A stretch of 63,985 nucleotides of DNA, counting the filler, from Octopus bimaculoides (Eukaryota), in the NCBI RefSeq assembly GCF_001194135.2. It is 7 parts of 7 records of this genome, joined end to end, with 100 filler letters (N's around TTAATTAATTAA, not from the genome) between each part and the next. Parts side by side here need not be neighbours in the genome. Positions count along the whole stretch, not along the records: positions 62,244 to 63,985 come from NW_026316225.1; 6 more parts are not named here. One strand, written 5' to 3'. This document shows, piece after piece, positions 63,670 to 63,985 of this stretch (its first letter is position 1; each line of letters starts with the position of its first letter). Under the pieces are notes generated by a model. It was not told the DNA's origin and made no database searches. It saw only the letters and a program-made list of their open reading frames with translations. The position numbers and the translations under genes are program-made.

Positions 63670-63706
63670 TCTTTAACGTTTCGAGCTACGCTCTTCAACA
63701 GAAAGA
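63670..63706 (-). ncRNA. Minimal type I hammerhead motif (A6U variant) at a PLE-like 3' end (UTR 63646-63985)
   Basis: UCUUU-CUGUUGA-A-GAGC-GUA-GCUC-GAAAC-GUU-AAAGA; 5-bp stem I, 4-bp stem II, ACGU stem III. Confidence 0.65.
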
Positions 63707-63985
63707 ATAAGGAGAAAAACATGGAGAAAAACATGGAGAAAAACATGGAGAAAAAAAATTTGAATGTTGTGGTCAGCGATCTATCATGGCGACTGCCAGA
63801 CAGAAAGTTCACACAGGAGAGCTAAGAAAAAGGGGAAATAACAAAAGGGGAAAGAAGTGGTGACCCAAATACGAGAAGCAGTGTATGTGTGTGAGAGAGA
63901 ATGCTGGTGATCTTAACGTATGTATGTGTGTATGGAGGTGTGAAAAAATGGGGAAGGGAGAAAGGAGTTGGTCAGTGCTAGTGTG

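Noticed and set aside
947-63676. Long ORFs containing X runs, and H/T/Y/I/C/V-rich ORFs
   Set aside because: They arise from N gaps and (CA)/(TA)/(TG) microsatellites.

Overview
Eukaryotic, AT-rich, repeat-dense scaffold with many N gaps. The SINE, RTE and MITE repertoire and the microsatellite density look like an octopus (coleoid cephalopod) genome; this is inferred from recognised repeat types and was not checked against a database. Almost all ORFs in the supplied track are microsatellite or N-gap artefacts. Supported content: (1) two phase-compatible + strand exons (42603-42712, 48972-49136) of a host gene encoding a SEA-like module; (2) many transposon relics, namely Penelope-like elements (PLE, GIY-YIG), RTE, CR1-group and R4/Dong-like LINEs, DD37D and DD34D Tc1/mariner elements, a piggyBac with TTAA MITEs, and tRNA-derived SINEs; (3) six hammerhead-ribozyme motifs, four of them clustered at 33.3-37.5 kb on both strands, one with an intact core and a downstream 20-nt perfect antisense copy; (4) an LTR whose 3' end plus tRNA-Trp primer-binding site is tandemly amplified. 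All calls were made by eye; repeat boundaries are approximate unless a TSD or TIR is given.
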